IMG/VR virus record: IMGVR_UViG_3300047552_000234
Coordinates: 1-36,903 of that record
Direction: 5' to 3' (one strand)
DNA from: a virus
Lineage: Duplodnaviria; Caudoviricetes
DNA: 36,903 nt
Shown: in pieces, positions 26,214 through 34,839 of the stretch
How the letters are laid out: the number at the start of each line of letters is the position of its first letter
Position numbering within the stretch: the first letter of the stretch is position 1
Translations under genes and position numbers: made by a program
The notes under the pieces: model-generated
Database searches by the model: none
Seen by the model: the letters and a program-made list of their open reading frames with translations, nothing else
Told to the model about the DNA's origin: nothing

Positions 26214-26998
26214 TGATCATAAGCCACGAGCACAAATTTGTCTTTGTTCATAACCCCAAGGTAGCAGGTACAGCGATTCATCAGGCTTTGGAGCAGTTTC
26301 ACGACGACCCTATTCAGTTCTGGCACCAACGGTTCTTTCGAGAGCTGGATCGCGTAGTAGATGCTGCACACCTAACTCTACATGACCTAAAGCTGGTGAG
26401 GCCCCAGGTCTTCGATGGAAGCTACCGCTTTCTTACTGTGGTACGCGATCCGTATACTCGATTTGTTAGCGCCATTGCCGAACACTGTCGTCAGCATCAA
26501 ACAAAAGTACACTCGGAATTTTACCCTGAGGTATTCAAGTCGTGGCTAGATAACTTGGATGAAACCAATCTTCGATTCAACTGGAAGTACATTCATCTTT
26601 GCCCTCAGCACTACTTTACGCCTCAAGTGGAAAACGACTACCATTGGGTATGTGCCAAAAATGAACTGAAACAAAACTGGCGACACATCGTAGCCTTTTT
26701 GTTTAGGGAAGAACGATCAGATATCCAGCTCCCTACTGCTAGAGTTAGAGCTGATGATAGCCCTCTGAATTTGGACTACGTCTTGAAGTACAATGAAGGT
26801 CTTATCGAGCGTATCTACCACCAAGATTTTGTTCAATTTGATTTTGACCCTAAGACCTGTAGCCGAGAACCTCGTGGGCATTATGAGCGTGTAAATGGTA
26901 TTCATAGTCCCTACCTAGAATACCCTAGCTCAAACATCTGTACTCTGGGTGAACGCATCGCATTAGATCAACAACTTCGATTGCTAGAATCAAAATGA
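26213..26998 (+). CDS. PAPS-dependent sulfotransferase (sulfotransferase family 2)
   Basis: 5'-PSB motif FVHNPKVAGTAI, 3'-PB motif VVRDPYTRFVSA, HLCPQ, and C-terminal IYHQDFVQFDF. Confidence 0.82.
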   Translation: MIISHEHKFVFVHNPKVAGTAIHQALEQFHDDPIQFWHQRFFRELDRVVDAAHLTLHDLKLVRPQVFDGSYRFLTVVRDPYTRFVSAIAEHCRQHQTKVHSEFYPEVFKSWLDNLDETNLRFNWKYIHLCPQHYFTPQVENDYHWVCAKNELKQNWRHIVAFLFREERSDIQLPTARVRADDSPLNLDYVLKYNEGLIERIYHQDFVQFDFDPKTCSREPRGHYERVNGIHSPYLEYPSSNICTLGERIALDQQLRLLESK

Positions 26999-28281
26999 AA
27001 ATCCTGTTAACTGTTTTCCCTTCGATGGACATCGGGGGTATTGGTGCTGACATCCTCTGGAAGATGGCTGGCTTGCGTGAAGCTGGGCACAAGGTTCAGA
27101 TCGTCATGCTAGAAAACTCCACCATTGAAACCACGAAACGTGGGCAGACTAGTAGAGAAGGTTCCACATTCGGGGAAGACGGTTTGCAGATTCATCCGGT
27201 CGCGGGTTTTTATAACATCACCCGTATGGGTTATGGTTCTAAATCCCACATGGCTGCGGTCAAGAAGTTCTTTTCCAAATTTGACTTCATCATTCACGAG
27301 ATTCCTGGGCCCGACCCGGCTAAAACGGGGGATATCAAAGGACGTTGGCTTACTCTATACGAGCACGACATACCTCAGATCATTAGTGCCCACGATGCAA
27401 ACTTTAGCCGGTTGTATCCATATCTGTACAAAGTAGCCCCTTTCATCAAGGGTATCAGTTGTACTAATCAAGCTGGATACGCTGATCTGGCGAAGTTTCC
27501 TGCTCCACGTGCCTTCATTGGTGCACCGCATCCGGTACTGAGCTGGGAAAAGCAAAAGTCCTGGGACGATCGCAAGGCCCAAGCAGTTAGCGCTCACGTA
27601 TGGAAGGCCTGGAAGCATCATGACATGCAAGTTCGAGCCATTCCTACGCTGAAGAAAACCGGCTTTGTGATGTGCGGTTCAGGCATTGAATACCACTATA
27701 TGTCAGGTGCTAAACGGAAAGAGAAATATGGCGATATTTGGGAAAAAGCTGTCGCAGCAGGAATGGACTACCGTGGGATGCTTAGTAGTGATGACTTGCA
27801 CAAGCTATATCGCAAGTCACGTGTTATTGTGGATACCGCTTGGTCTAAGCGGTTTATGAATCTTGGCTGCCACTTTAACCGTTCTATCATCGAGGGTTAT
27901 AACAATGGCTGTATTCCAGTCGTCGTACACGAAAATATGTACGAAGATGGTTTTCAGTTGCGCATGTTCAAAGCAGGTAAGACCCACTTTGAAATCAAAG
28001 CTGATCACAAACCTAAAGAGCTTGCCGAACTAATCGATCACGCAGCAAACCTCTCTGCTGATGAAGCAGATGCAATGCTGCAACGGGGGCGAAAGGTACT
28101 GCTCAAATTTTTCGACTATCGTGTCACTAGCCTTGAGTATATCAAGCTTGGGCAAGGTAAACCCGCAGGTGTGTATCCAAAGTTAGAAACTGGAAAAGCC
28201 ACCAAAAAGCTCAAAGACGACGCAGAAAAGTACAATGTAAAAGTACAGAAGATGCGGGACAAGCTAGATAGAAAGAAATGA
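26995..28281 (+). CDS. Glycosyltransferase, GT-B fold (GT4-like)
   Basis: MKILL...DIGGIG...GHKVQIV N-terminus; WKAWKHHD; C-terminal LYRKSRVIVD...FNRSIIEGYNNGCIPV nucleotide-binding signature. Confidence 0.8.
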   Translation: MKILLTVFPSMDIGGIGADILWKMAGLREAGHKVQIVMLENSTIETTKRGQTSREGSTFGEDGLQIHPVAGFYNITRMGYGSKSHMAAVKKFFSKFDFIIHEIPGPDPAKTGDIKGRWLTLYEHDIPQIISAHDANFSRLYPYLYKVAPFIKGISCTNQAGYADLAKFPAPRAFIGAPHPVLSWEKQKSWDDRKAQAVSAHVWKAWKHHDMQVRAIPTLKKTGFVMCGSGIEYHYMSGAKRKEKYGDIWEKAVAAGMDYRGMLSSDDLHKLYRKSRVIVDTAWSKRFMNLGCHFNRSIIEGYNNGCIPVVVHENMYEDGFQLRMFKAGKTHFEIKADHKPKELAELIDHAANLSADEADAMLQRGRKVLLKFFDYRVTSLEYIKLGQGKPAGVYPKLETGKATKKLKDDAEKYNVKVQKMRDKLDRKK

Positions 28282-29210
28282 AATACGCAGTCCTTTCCTA
28301 CGGTCGACCAGAAGTACAGCTAACTCTACAGAATATTCCTGCCTCTCTACTTCACACCGTTGAACTCTGGGTGACTCCAAAGGAATACACCGCTTATAAA
28401 GCTGGCTGGTATGCGAGCAAGGTGAAGTCCATCAACTGCTGGCCTACGTATATAGACTGTGCCCCAAAGAAAAGGAAATGGGCTGCTTTAAATTTCAACG
28501 AAGACTACATGCTCATTGACGACGACCTTAGTCTTTACGTGTGGTCCAAAAAGCATGACAAGTTTGTTAAGCCAGAGTTATCCCCTAAACGCTTTGAGAG
28601 AGAATGGCTAGAAGAAATCCCTAGCCTGTTCTCTACCTTTCCGGGAGTTAGCCTTGGGAACAAGTTCATGGCTGATCCTTACGTTAGAGAAAATGGAGTC
28701 ATGAAGCCTAACAATGTGGGGTTCTGTTTTTCAGGCTTCGCGAAAGACTCTCCGAAGGACAAGCTACTCTATAATAGAGTCTTTGCTTTTACTGATATCA
28801 GTCTGCCGTTGCAGATGTTCCAGCGCACGGGCAAGAGCCTTATATACTATGGTCTATGCTATAACCATGCAAGTCATCCCACTCTAGCGACCTCAGGTAT
28901 GAGTTCGTATCGTGACGACTTTGTCATTATTGACAGCGCTATCAAGATGGGGCAACTTTTTCCAGGTATCGTCACTGGACTAAAGAACACAGGTAATAAA
29001 GGCGGTGGAGCAACGCTAACCAAATTCTTCAGCAGAGTCAAGAAAAAGGTGAGTGATAACAATCTCAAAGCAACCGAGAAATGGCTAGAAGAAATGAAAG
29101 CCTACTACGGTCTTTCAAGGCTACCAAAGTTGTTTGAGTATGACGATCATATGCCTAGAGCAGACATCATCGAGCTATTCCAGTGGCACTGGAAAAGAGC
29201 AAAACAGTAA
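28278..29210 (+). CDS. Glycosyltransferase, GT-A fold (TET/JBP-associated DNA glycosyltransferase-like, TAGT)
   Basis: YAVLSYGRP...TL, MLIDDDL (DxD), FTDISLPLQ and SGMSSYR follow the pattern of phage DNA-base GT-A enzymes. Confidence 0.7.
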   Translation: MKYAVLSYGRPEVQLTLQNIPASLLHTVELWVTPKEYTAYKAGWYASKVKSINCWPTYIDCAPKKRKWAALNFNEDYMLIDDDLSLYVWSKKHDKFVKPELSPKRFEREWLEEIPSLFSTFPGVSLGNKFMADPYVRENGVMKPNNVGFCFSGFAKDSPKDKLLYNRVFAFTDISLPLQMFQRTGKSLIYYGLCYNHASHPTLATSGMSSYRDDFVIIDSAIKMGQLFPGIVTGLKNTGNKGGGATLTKFFSRVKKKVSDNNLKATEKWLEEMKAYYGLSRLPKLFEYDDHMPRADIIELFQWHWKRAKQ

Positions 29211-29254
29211 TGAACGGCCCCACTAAATTTTCAAATAGAAAGAGATAGCTAACC

Positions 29255-29785
29255 ATGGAATACGGAAGTCGAACTGTCGTTGTGTGCGTTGGTCTCCCAG
29301 GGTCGGGTAAGACTACGCTGGCAGACATGATTCATAAGAAAACTGGTGGGGCGCGTATCAATGCCGACGCTGTACGCGCGAGTATCAGTACGGATCTAAA
29401 ATTTGAAGAAGACGACCGTCTAATCCAGGCGACTCGTGTTGGTAGTCTAGTAGGCCTGGCATTACACCCCTATACTTTTACTCGACCCATTAAGCAATCT
29501 ACTATTGACCGCTTGAACAAGGTTGCAGTAGTAGACTTCATTTGCCCGCGTGAAGAATATTGGGAGGAATTCTGTTCTGCAGTTCTTTTTAGAGGTTTAC
29601 CCCCTATCCACATCCTGAGAGTGTGGATGAACACTATCACAAAAGATCAGTGCCGTTTCAAGGACACCGCGGAGTTTTACCGCCCACCCTCAGCCCCTAA
29701 TTTTTCTATCAACGAATTCTTGTCCCTTGAGAGCTTGGACGAAGTAGCTAAGCAAATTGCGAACGCTGCGCTAGGAAAGAAGTAA
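29255..29785 (+). CDS. cysC: Adenylyl-sulfate (APS) kinase-like P-loop kinase
   Basis: GLPGSGKTTLA; NADAVRASISTDLKFEEDDRLIQATRVG matches the CysC pattern DGDNVRxxLxxDLGFSxxDRxENxRRVG; VDFICP and YRPPSAP match the SFISP and YExPxxP motifs. Confidence 0.72.
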   Translation: MEYGSRTVVVCVGLPGSGKTTLADMIHKKTGGARINADAVRASISTDLKFEEDDRLIQATRVGSLVGLALHPYTFTRPIKQSTIDRLNKVAVVDFICPREEYWEEFCSAVLFRGLPPIHILRVWMNTITKDQCRFKDTAEFYRPPSAPNFSINEFLSLESLDEVAKQIANAALGKK

Positions 29786-29786
29786 G

Positions 29787-30026
29787 ATGTCAATACCTAT
29801 GCCTTTGCCTATTACGATGGAGAACCTCTCATCGGACTCCTCACCTACTCCCCCTGAAAATATTTCCAAACTGCAAGAGGAGTTACGTCGCCTTTTGAAT
29901 TCTCTATCTATCGAAAACGGTTCGGATACCCCAGACTACGTGCTGGCCGAATACCTAATCTCATGCCTTCAGGCCTATGAAAAGGCGATAGCCGCACGTG
30001 AAGCTTGGTTCTCTGGGGACGAGTGA
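29787..30026 (+). CDS. Small hypothetical phage protein
   Basis: 79 aa with a compact helical core LLNSLSIENGSDTPDYVLAEYLISCL; stop overlaps the next start. Confidence 0.6.
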   Translation: MSIPMPLPITMENLSSDSSPTPPENISKLQEELRRLLNSLSIENGSDTPDYVLAEYLISCLQAYEKAIAAREAWFSGDE

Positions 30027-30991
30027 TGAAGCAGCTATCTATGTTCGAAGAAGAGGGCAGAAGCCTATTTCTACCTAAGCATCAGAATAAAGTAGAATCT
30101 ATTGTCAAATTTTGGGTAGAGCGGCATAACATCTATCTAAGACGCGCCAGTGGTAAACACCCAAAGCCTTGGACTGCTGATCCTGCGCTGCGGAACTACC
30201 GCTTCTGTAATATCTATCGAGAGCTGGATACTGTCAGTGATTGGATAATCCGTAAGGTCATTACCAAGTACGAGGACAATCCGAACCTGTGGTTCATGTT
30301 AGGAGTTTCTCGCCTGATTAACTGGCCTGACACCCTTCAGCACCTGATGGATGACAAGGTGTGGCCTGTGTCAAAGTTTAACCCTGACAATGTGTATGCG
30401 TCTTTGAAAGATCGTAAGGCTAAGGGGGAGAAAATTATCACAGGGGCTTACATTGTAAATAGCGTATTCCCGCTAGGCGCAAACCCCAAAGATAAGAGTA
30501 AGATCTACTATATCCCATACTACGGTCTACAAGGAATGTGGGATGCACGCAAAGATCTGTCGGAAGCGGCGAAGTCTTCTATGGGTGATTTCGTTAGCAC
30601 TCTGACTAAATGCCATGGATGGGGCGCATTTATGGCTTATCAAGTAGCGGTGGATCTTAGCTACTCTAACAAATGGTTAGGCAAAGCCCCAGATATCAAT
30701 ACCTTCACTAGCCCTGGTCCTGGAACAACTCGTGGTATGAATCGCCTGCTCAACGGTGCGCGGAAGCCCATTGTCACAGGGGCTGCTCTAAATCCCCACA
30801 TGATTCAACTGCGTTCTGACATGAACTCTTTAGTGAAAGAGCACATCTCCTACCCTTGGACTAAAAACCCAAAGACTGGATTTGCTGATCTAAGCATGAG
30901 TAACGTCAGCAACTGCCTTTGTGAATACGACAAATACTGTCGCATCATTAGTGACGAGGGTGAACCTCGGTCGCGTTACGCTGGTCATTAA
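30026..30991 (+). CDS. aGPT-Pplase1 family protein (HhH-glycosylase fold; 5-hmdU DNA kinase helical-domain family)
   Basis: ERHNIYLRR...PWTADPALRNYRFCNIYRELD, TGAYIV, HhH-like HGWGAFMAYQVAVDL, GPGTTRG, NCLCEYDKY. TGATG overlap supports a start at 30026. Confidence 0.82.
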   Translation: MKQLSMFEEEGRSLFLPKHQNKVESIVKFWVERHNIYLRRASGKHPKPWTADPALRNYRFCNIYRELDTVSDWIIRKVITKYEDNPNLWFMLGVSRLINWPDTLQHLMDDKVWPVSKFNPDNVYASLKDRKAKGEKIITGAYIVNSVFPLGANPKDKSKIYYIPYYGLQGMWDARKDLSEAAKSSMGDFVSTLTKCHGWGAFMAYQVAVDLSYSNKWLGKAPDINTFTSPGPGTTRGMNRLLNGARKPIVTGAALNPHMIQLRSDMNSLVKEHISYPWTKNPKTGFADLSMSNVSNCLCEYDKYCRIISDEGEPRSRYAGH

Positions 30992-31003
30992 CATGGAGAA
31001 ATA

Positions 31004-33064
31004 ATGCAAGTCTTTTATCCTAACGACGTAGATGAAGCGCTCTACGCTGCGCTTTCCAACCTAATCAAGGTTGGGATCGAAACTCCATCAAGAAATGGCC
31101 CGCAGCTTCGATTCGCAACACCTGTCACCACTGTCTGGCAACCAGAGGTAAACCGTACTTCAACTGATAAGACGCGTGCCAATAATCCATTCTTCTCTAT
31201 CATGGAGAGTCTGTGGATGTTAGCCGGTCGTAGTGAGGTAGCTTTCCCAGCGTTCTACGCAAAGCAAATTTTGGAGTATTCTGACGACGGTCTCACAATG
31301 AATGGGGCTTATGGTCATCGTTGGCGCAATTACTTTGGTTATGACCAAATCCAAACAATCGCGAAAGAGCTGCAAAAGAACCCCACTAGCCGTAGGTGTG
31401 TGATGTCTATGTGGGATGGGCGTCTTGACCTTGTCAACCAAACCTCCAAAGATCTCCCTTGCTTGTCAGGAGACACTGTTCTTCAATCCCCTGAAGGTAA
31501 GAAGACGCTTAGGCAGCTTGCTAACGCCTTTTCTTCTGGAGATATTACTAAGTATCCCGTTTACTCTGTAGACTTCTCGGCAGAAAATTGGCCTATTAGT
31601 CTTCAGTACTGCACCAAAGTATGGTCTTCGGGTAAAAAGCAAACCTCCAAAATCCTATTGGATAACGGGAAAACTATTCGAGCCACAGATAATCATCGCT
31701 TCTTTGTGAAGAAGCGTTTGATGGAGGGTAAAAGAACCCTTGATACTTATCAAATAGAAACCGAGTTAAAAGACTTGAAAGTAGGGGATATTCTGTGCTC
31801 GGGGTATTTCAGACCTGACCCAAAGGGTTATATTCAGCGCAAAAAGTTTGTAAAGGGCAATACTGTTTTCAAGAATTTGGTAAAAGAACATAGAGATTAC
31901 TACGAGTTCAAAACTGGTGAATCCTTAGCTTTAGACGAGATTATTCACCATAAAAACGGAAAGCCTGATGACAACAGATTCAAGAATTTAGAGAAAGAGT
32001 CGGCCGCTGATCACAACCGACATCATCAGATTATAAACAATCGACATCTAGCCATGTCTAAAGAAGAAGTCAAGGCTAGAGGGCTGAAACATGCCAAGTC
32101 TATGGCTGAAAGAAAAACCAGGATTATATCTGTATATGGGTTAACTACTTGGATTGCTCTCTGCGCGAAAAAACCTACTACTCAACAAGAGAAGCTAAAA
32201 CAGAGCTTCTATTCTAGAGAGCAAAAGCGTCTTTCTAAAGAAAAGGCAGAGAGTAATTTACTTGGTAAAGAGATTCAGTCCTTGCAACTTAGTGAAATCT
32301 CTAGTCGGCAGAAAAAGTCACCCACATTTGGTAAGATCGTAGCTATTCAAAAGCATCGTGTTGAAGAAGTTTTTGACTTTACGGTCCCTAAATTTCATAA
32401 CGCTATACTGGATAACGGGGTTGTAACTCATAACTGCAACCTACAGGTACTATTTGACGCCGGGCTAGGTCGTCTCAATATGACGGTCACCAATCGCAGC
32501 AACGATTTGATCTGGGGTGCTTATGGTGCGAATGTAGTTCACTTCTCGTTTCTGCACGAATACATGGCAGCATTGACAGGACTGCCGGTTGGTTGCTATT
32601 ATCAGGTAAGTAACAATCTTCATATCTATCCTGAGTTCGAAATTACCAGCAGATTCATTACTAAGGCGAATGGCTCCTGGAAGCTAAAATACAAACACGA
32701 ACCTGAGATGAGTATTCGACCTGTCACCAGAGGTACTGAATTCCTTGTGTACGGGTTTGATTCAACTTCAAATGGTATTGCTGATTTTGATTCTGACCTG
32801 CAAACGGCTTTATACGACCCCAGCCATACTGAGCTTGTATCTTTCATTCTGCCTGGATTCAACTACGTAATCGCCCCCGCCAGACTTTCTTACGCTCTAT
32901 ACAAGAAGGGTGACACGCTCTCTGCAGTGAACGTTCTAAAGGAAGCTTTAGAAGCGGTCAAAGACAAAGTGGTTAGCAGTCCGATAAGGGAGCTAGTCTA
33001 TCTAGACTCTGCTCTTAATGCCCTAAACGCTTGTCAGCTCTGGATGCAAAGGAAAATCAAGTGA
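31004..33064 (+). CDS. Thymidylate-synthase-family dUMP hydroxymethylase, intein-containing
   Basis: SRNG, NPFFSIMESLWMLAGR, GAYGHRWR, SRRCVMSMWD, KDLP|C, NRSNDLIWGAYGANVVHFSFL (Asn at the specificity position indicates dUMP), NNLHIY. 361 aa after intein removal. Confidence 0.88.
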   Translation: MQVFYPNDVDEALYAALSNLIKVGIETPSRNGPQLRFATPVTTVWQPEVNRTSTDKTRANNPFFSIMESLWMLAGRSEVAFPAFYAKQILEYSDDGLTMNGAYGHRWRNYFGYDQIQTIAKELQKNPTSRRCVMSMWDGRLDLVNQTSKDLPCLSGDTVLQSPEGKKTLRQLANAFSSGDITKYPVYSVDFSAENWPISLQYCTKVWSSGKKQTSKILLDNGKTIRATDNHRFFVKKRLMEGKRTLDTYQIETELKDLKVGDILCSGYFRPDPKGYIQRKKFVKGNTVFKNLVKEHRDYYEFKTGESLALDEIIHHKNGKPDDNRFKNLEKESAADHNRHHQIINNRHLAMSKEEVKARGLKHAKSMAERKTRIISVYGLTTWIALCAKKPTTQQEKLKQSFYSREQKRLSKEKAESNLLGKEIQSLQLSEISSRQKKSPTFGKIVAIQKHRVEEVFDFTVPKFHNAILDNGVVTHNCNLQVLFDAGLGRLNMTVTNRSNDLIWGAYGANVVHFSFLHEYMAALTGLPVGCYYQVSNNLHIYPEFEITSRFITKANGSWKLKYKHEPEMSIRPVTRGTEFLVYGFDSTSNGIADFDSDLQTALYDPSHTELVSFILPGFNYVIAPARLSYALYKKGDTLSAVNVLKEALEAVKDKVVSSPIRELVYLDSALNALNACQLWMQRKIK
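31460..32434 (+). mobile_element. Intein (325 aa) with HNH homing endonuclease
   Basis: Block A CLSGDT, block B IRATDNHRFF, block F EVFDFTV, block G GVVTHN followed by Cys+1. Internal IIHHKNGKPDDNRFKNLE...HNRHH HNH motif. DNA is more A/T-rich than the exteins. Confidence 0.93.
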
Positions 33065-33426
33065 ACATTCTTACCAAAGAACAGATTCGTGAACATCGCA
33101 CCGACTTTACTAGATTGCGGGAAATAGCCAACGCGGCTATTGATATGTGCGAGCTGAAAGATCGGTCATACGGCGCCTCTTGGAAACGTCGGGGTGGCCC
33201 TGGAGCTTTCATGGTTATGGCTCGTAAATGGGATCGCCTAGAAGCTCAGATGGAAATTGCTGACTATAACATCTTTGACATTCGTAAAGACGCGGTAGAA
33301 GATCTAGACGATACGATTTTGGATCTTGTCAACTACCTGCTCCTCATCATGGAAACCCGGAAATGGATCCAGAACCATCGCAAGACTGCAGATACACAAC
33401 CTATACCGACTGATACTAGTGGTTAA
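33061..33426 (+). CDS. Nucleotide-modification-associated domain 1 (Nmad1/DUF1599-like, all-alpha NTP pyrophosphatase fold)
   Basis: KDRSYGASWKRRG...ARKWDRL...EDLDDTILDLVNYLLL. GTGA overlap with the hydroxymethylase stop supports a start at 33061. Confidence 0.72.
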   Translation: MNILTKEQIREHRTDFTRLREIANAAIDMCELKDRSYGASWKRRGGPGAFMVMARKWDRLEAQMEIADYNIFDIRKDAVEDLDDTILDLVNYLLLIMETRKWIQNHRKTADTQPIPTDTSG

Positions 33427-33436
33427 ACCGCGCTAG

Positions 33437-33445
33437 CAATTTTAT
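33437..33445 (+). promoter_or_regulatory. Putative phage promoter motif CAATTTTAT (class A)
   Basis: Intergenic, 24 nt upstream of ATG 33470, followed by a GGAG RBS. Confidence 0.55.
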
Positions 33446-33469
33446 TGCGTTATAACAGCGGAGATTACC

Positions 33470-33874
33470 ATGGCAATGCAAATGAAAGATGTCCTTTCTC
33501 GAGTTGATGAGAAAAGGTTGGAATTGGCTACTCGGGTAAAAATCAAGTCTCTCAAGACTAAGAGCCCAAAACAAACCAACGGAGTTTTTGGTCTGGCTGA
33601 AGCTAAGACCAAGTCTTTGGAGAAAGACAAGTGGTCAGTATACGATACGACTATTGAATTCTACCCTAAGAACAAAGTAATCCTGTCGTGTAGCTGCCCA
33701 GATTTTATGTACCGTTGGGAGTACGCTCTTTCCAAGAGGGGTGCCGCTCGCATTGTCTACGGTAACGGTGATCCCCCCGATGAAGCTAACCCTAAGTTGC
33801 GACCTGGGTGTTGCAAGCATCTCGTCGCCCTGCATGACCACCTGATTGAGAAGGGTAAGATCAGCGCATCATGA
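33470..33874 (+). CDS. SWIM-type zinc-finger protein
   Basis: SCSCPDFMYRWEY...NP...PGCCKHL (CxC...CxH); GGAG RBS. Confidence 0.72.
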   Translation: MAMQMKDVLSRVDEKRLELATRVKIKSLKTKSPKQTNGVFGLAEAKTKSLEKDKWSVYDTTIEFYPKNKVILSCSCPDFMYRWEYALSKRGAARIVYGNGDPPDEANPKLRPGCCKHLVALHDHLIEKGKISAS

Positions 33875-34839
33875 GCTCAAACGCAGTATACCAACACTCC
33901 AAGGTGTTTGCTTCCCTAAAGGTAGTCAAAGAGCGAATACAAGGGAATTTGACTACTAGTCAATATCTACAAGCCTACGATGAGTATCTGGAAAAAGCTA
34001 TAACCCCAATTATCGTACATACCAAATTCTTCGACAGCTTCTTAGCTAGATTAGTTGGCTGGCAGGAAAAGAACTTTCGAAGGAAGGTTTCTTTTCTTAA
34101 CCGGCATGATTTCCCTTCGCTTGCTATCACTTTCCTTCTGCAGAATACACCCGAGGGGAGATTGAAGGCCTATCGTAACCTGTCTTTGGACAGGGGTATA
34201 TGTATCGAGTTCATAAAACTCTTCCACTCTAATTTAGACTCCTACATAAAGGCCTGTAATTGTGAGCTACTAAATCCCGGCACTGGCAAGTTTGATATTT
34301 CCTATGCGTTACAGGTGAAGTTGTTAATGGAGGAATCACTTAAGGCAGACACTCCATTGCTTAACGTGTACTCCGAATCACATTTCTGGTTAGCCAAGGC
34401 TTTAGACTTCAAAGAGATTATCGTAGAGAAGTACACTCGATTGTGTTTGAACACTGCGAAGTTTGACTACGAAGACTACTTCAAATGCCAACTCCAACTA
34501 GACGATATCATTTCGGTTTATCTAACCGCAGTAAGCAGGGCCATAGACAAGTGCGATTCTAAACAAGGGGTGTTGACAACATACATCAAGAACTGGCTAA
34601 AAACTGGTAGAACACAGGCTGCGAAGCTGCTCGACAAGAAATCGATCTCTGTCACGACCGAGTCCTTGAATCAGTTGGCGGACGTACAGTCTATAAACGC
34701 CGAAGATGACAGGACTACGGAAGAGCGTATAAAACAGATTCGGCTCCTAGCAAAACTTGCTGACCCATTAGGGGCTGCCCGCGTAACCCTTGGGATAGAA
34801 GAAATTCTATCCGAAAAAGAGTTTAACCTTAACCTATGA
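33871..34839 (+). CDS. Putative phage sigma-70-family factor (region 2 present, no clear region 4.2)
   Basis: IVEKYTRLCLNTAK...LDDIISVYLTAVSRAIDKCDSKQGVLTTYIKNWLK aligns by eye with sigma70 region 2 (LxxxNLRLVxxIAK...LDLIQEGxxGLxKAVDKFDxxxGxxFSTYAxWWI). Confidence 0.6.
   Translation: MSSNAVYQHSKVFASLKVVKERIQGNLTTSQYLQAYDEYLEKAITPIIVHTKFFDSFLARLVGWQEKNFRRKVSFLNRHDFPSLAITFLLQNTPEGRLKAYRNLSLDRGICIEFIKLFHSNLDSYIKACNCELLNPGTGKFDISYALQVKLLMEESLKADTPLLNVYSESHFWLAKALDFKEIIVEKYTRLCLNTAKFDYEDYFKCQLQLDDIISVYLTAVSRAIDKCDSKQGVLTTYIKNWLKTGRTQAAKLLDKKSISVTTESLNQLADVQSINAEDDRTTEERIKQIRLLAKLADPLGAARVTLGIEEILSEKEFNLNL

Noticed and set aside
25038-29785. Captured bacterial O-antigen or capsule locus
   Set aside because: No wzx/wzy/ABC exporter or membrane-anchored GT; the GT-A is of the phage DNA-modifying type and the genes are contiguous with base-modification genes. 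Virion-protein glycosylation remains a possible alternative.
31004-33064. Ordinary ThyA or dCMP hydroxymethylase
   Set aside because: Asn in WGAYGAN points to dUMP rather than dCMP (Asp). The motif style and the aGPT-Pplase1/Nmad1 neighbours favour a hydroxymethylase over canonical ThyA, although only an assay can settle it.
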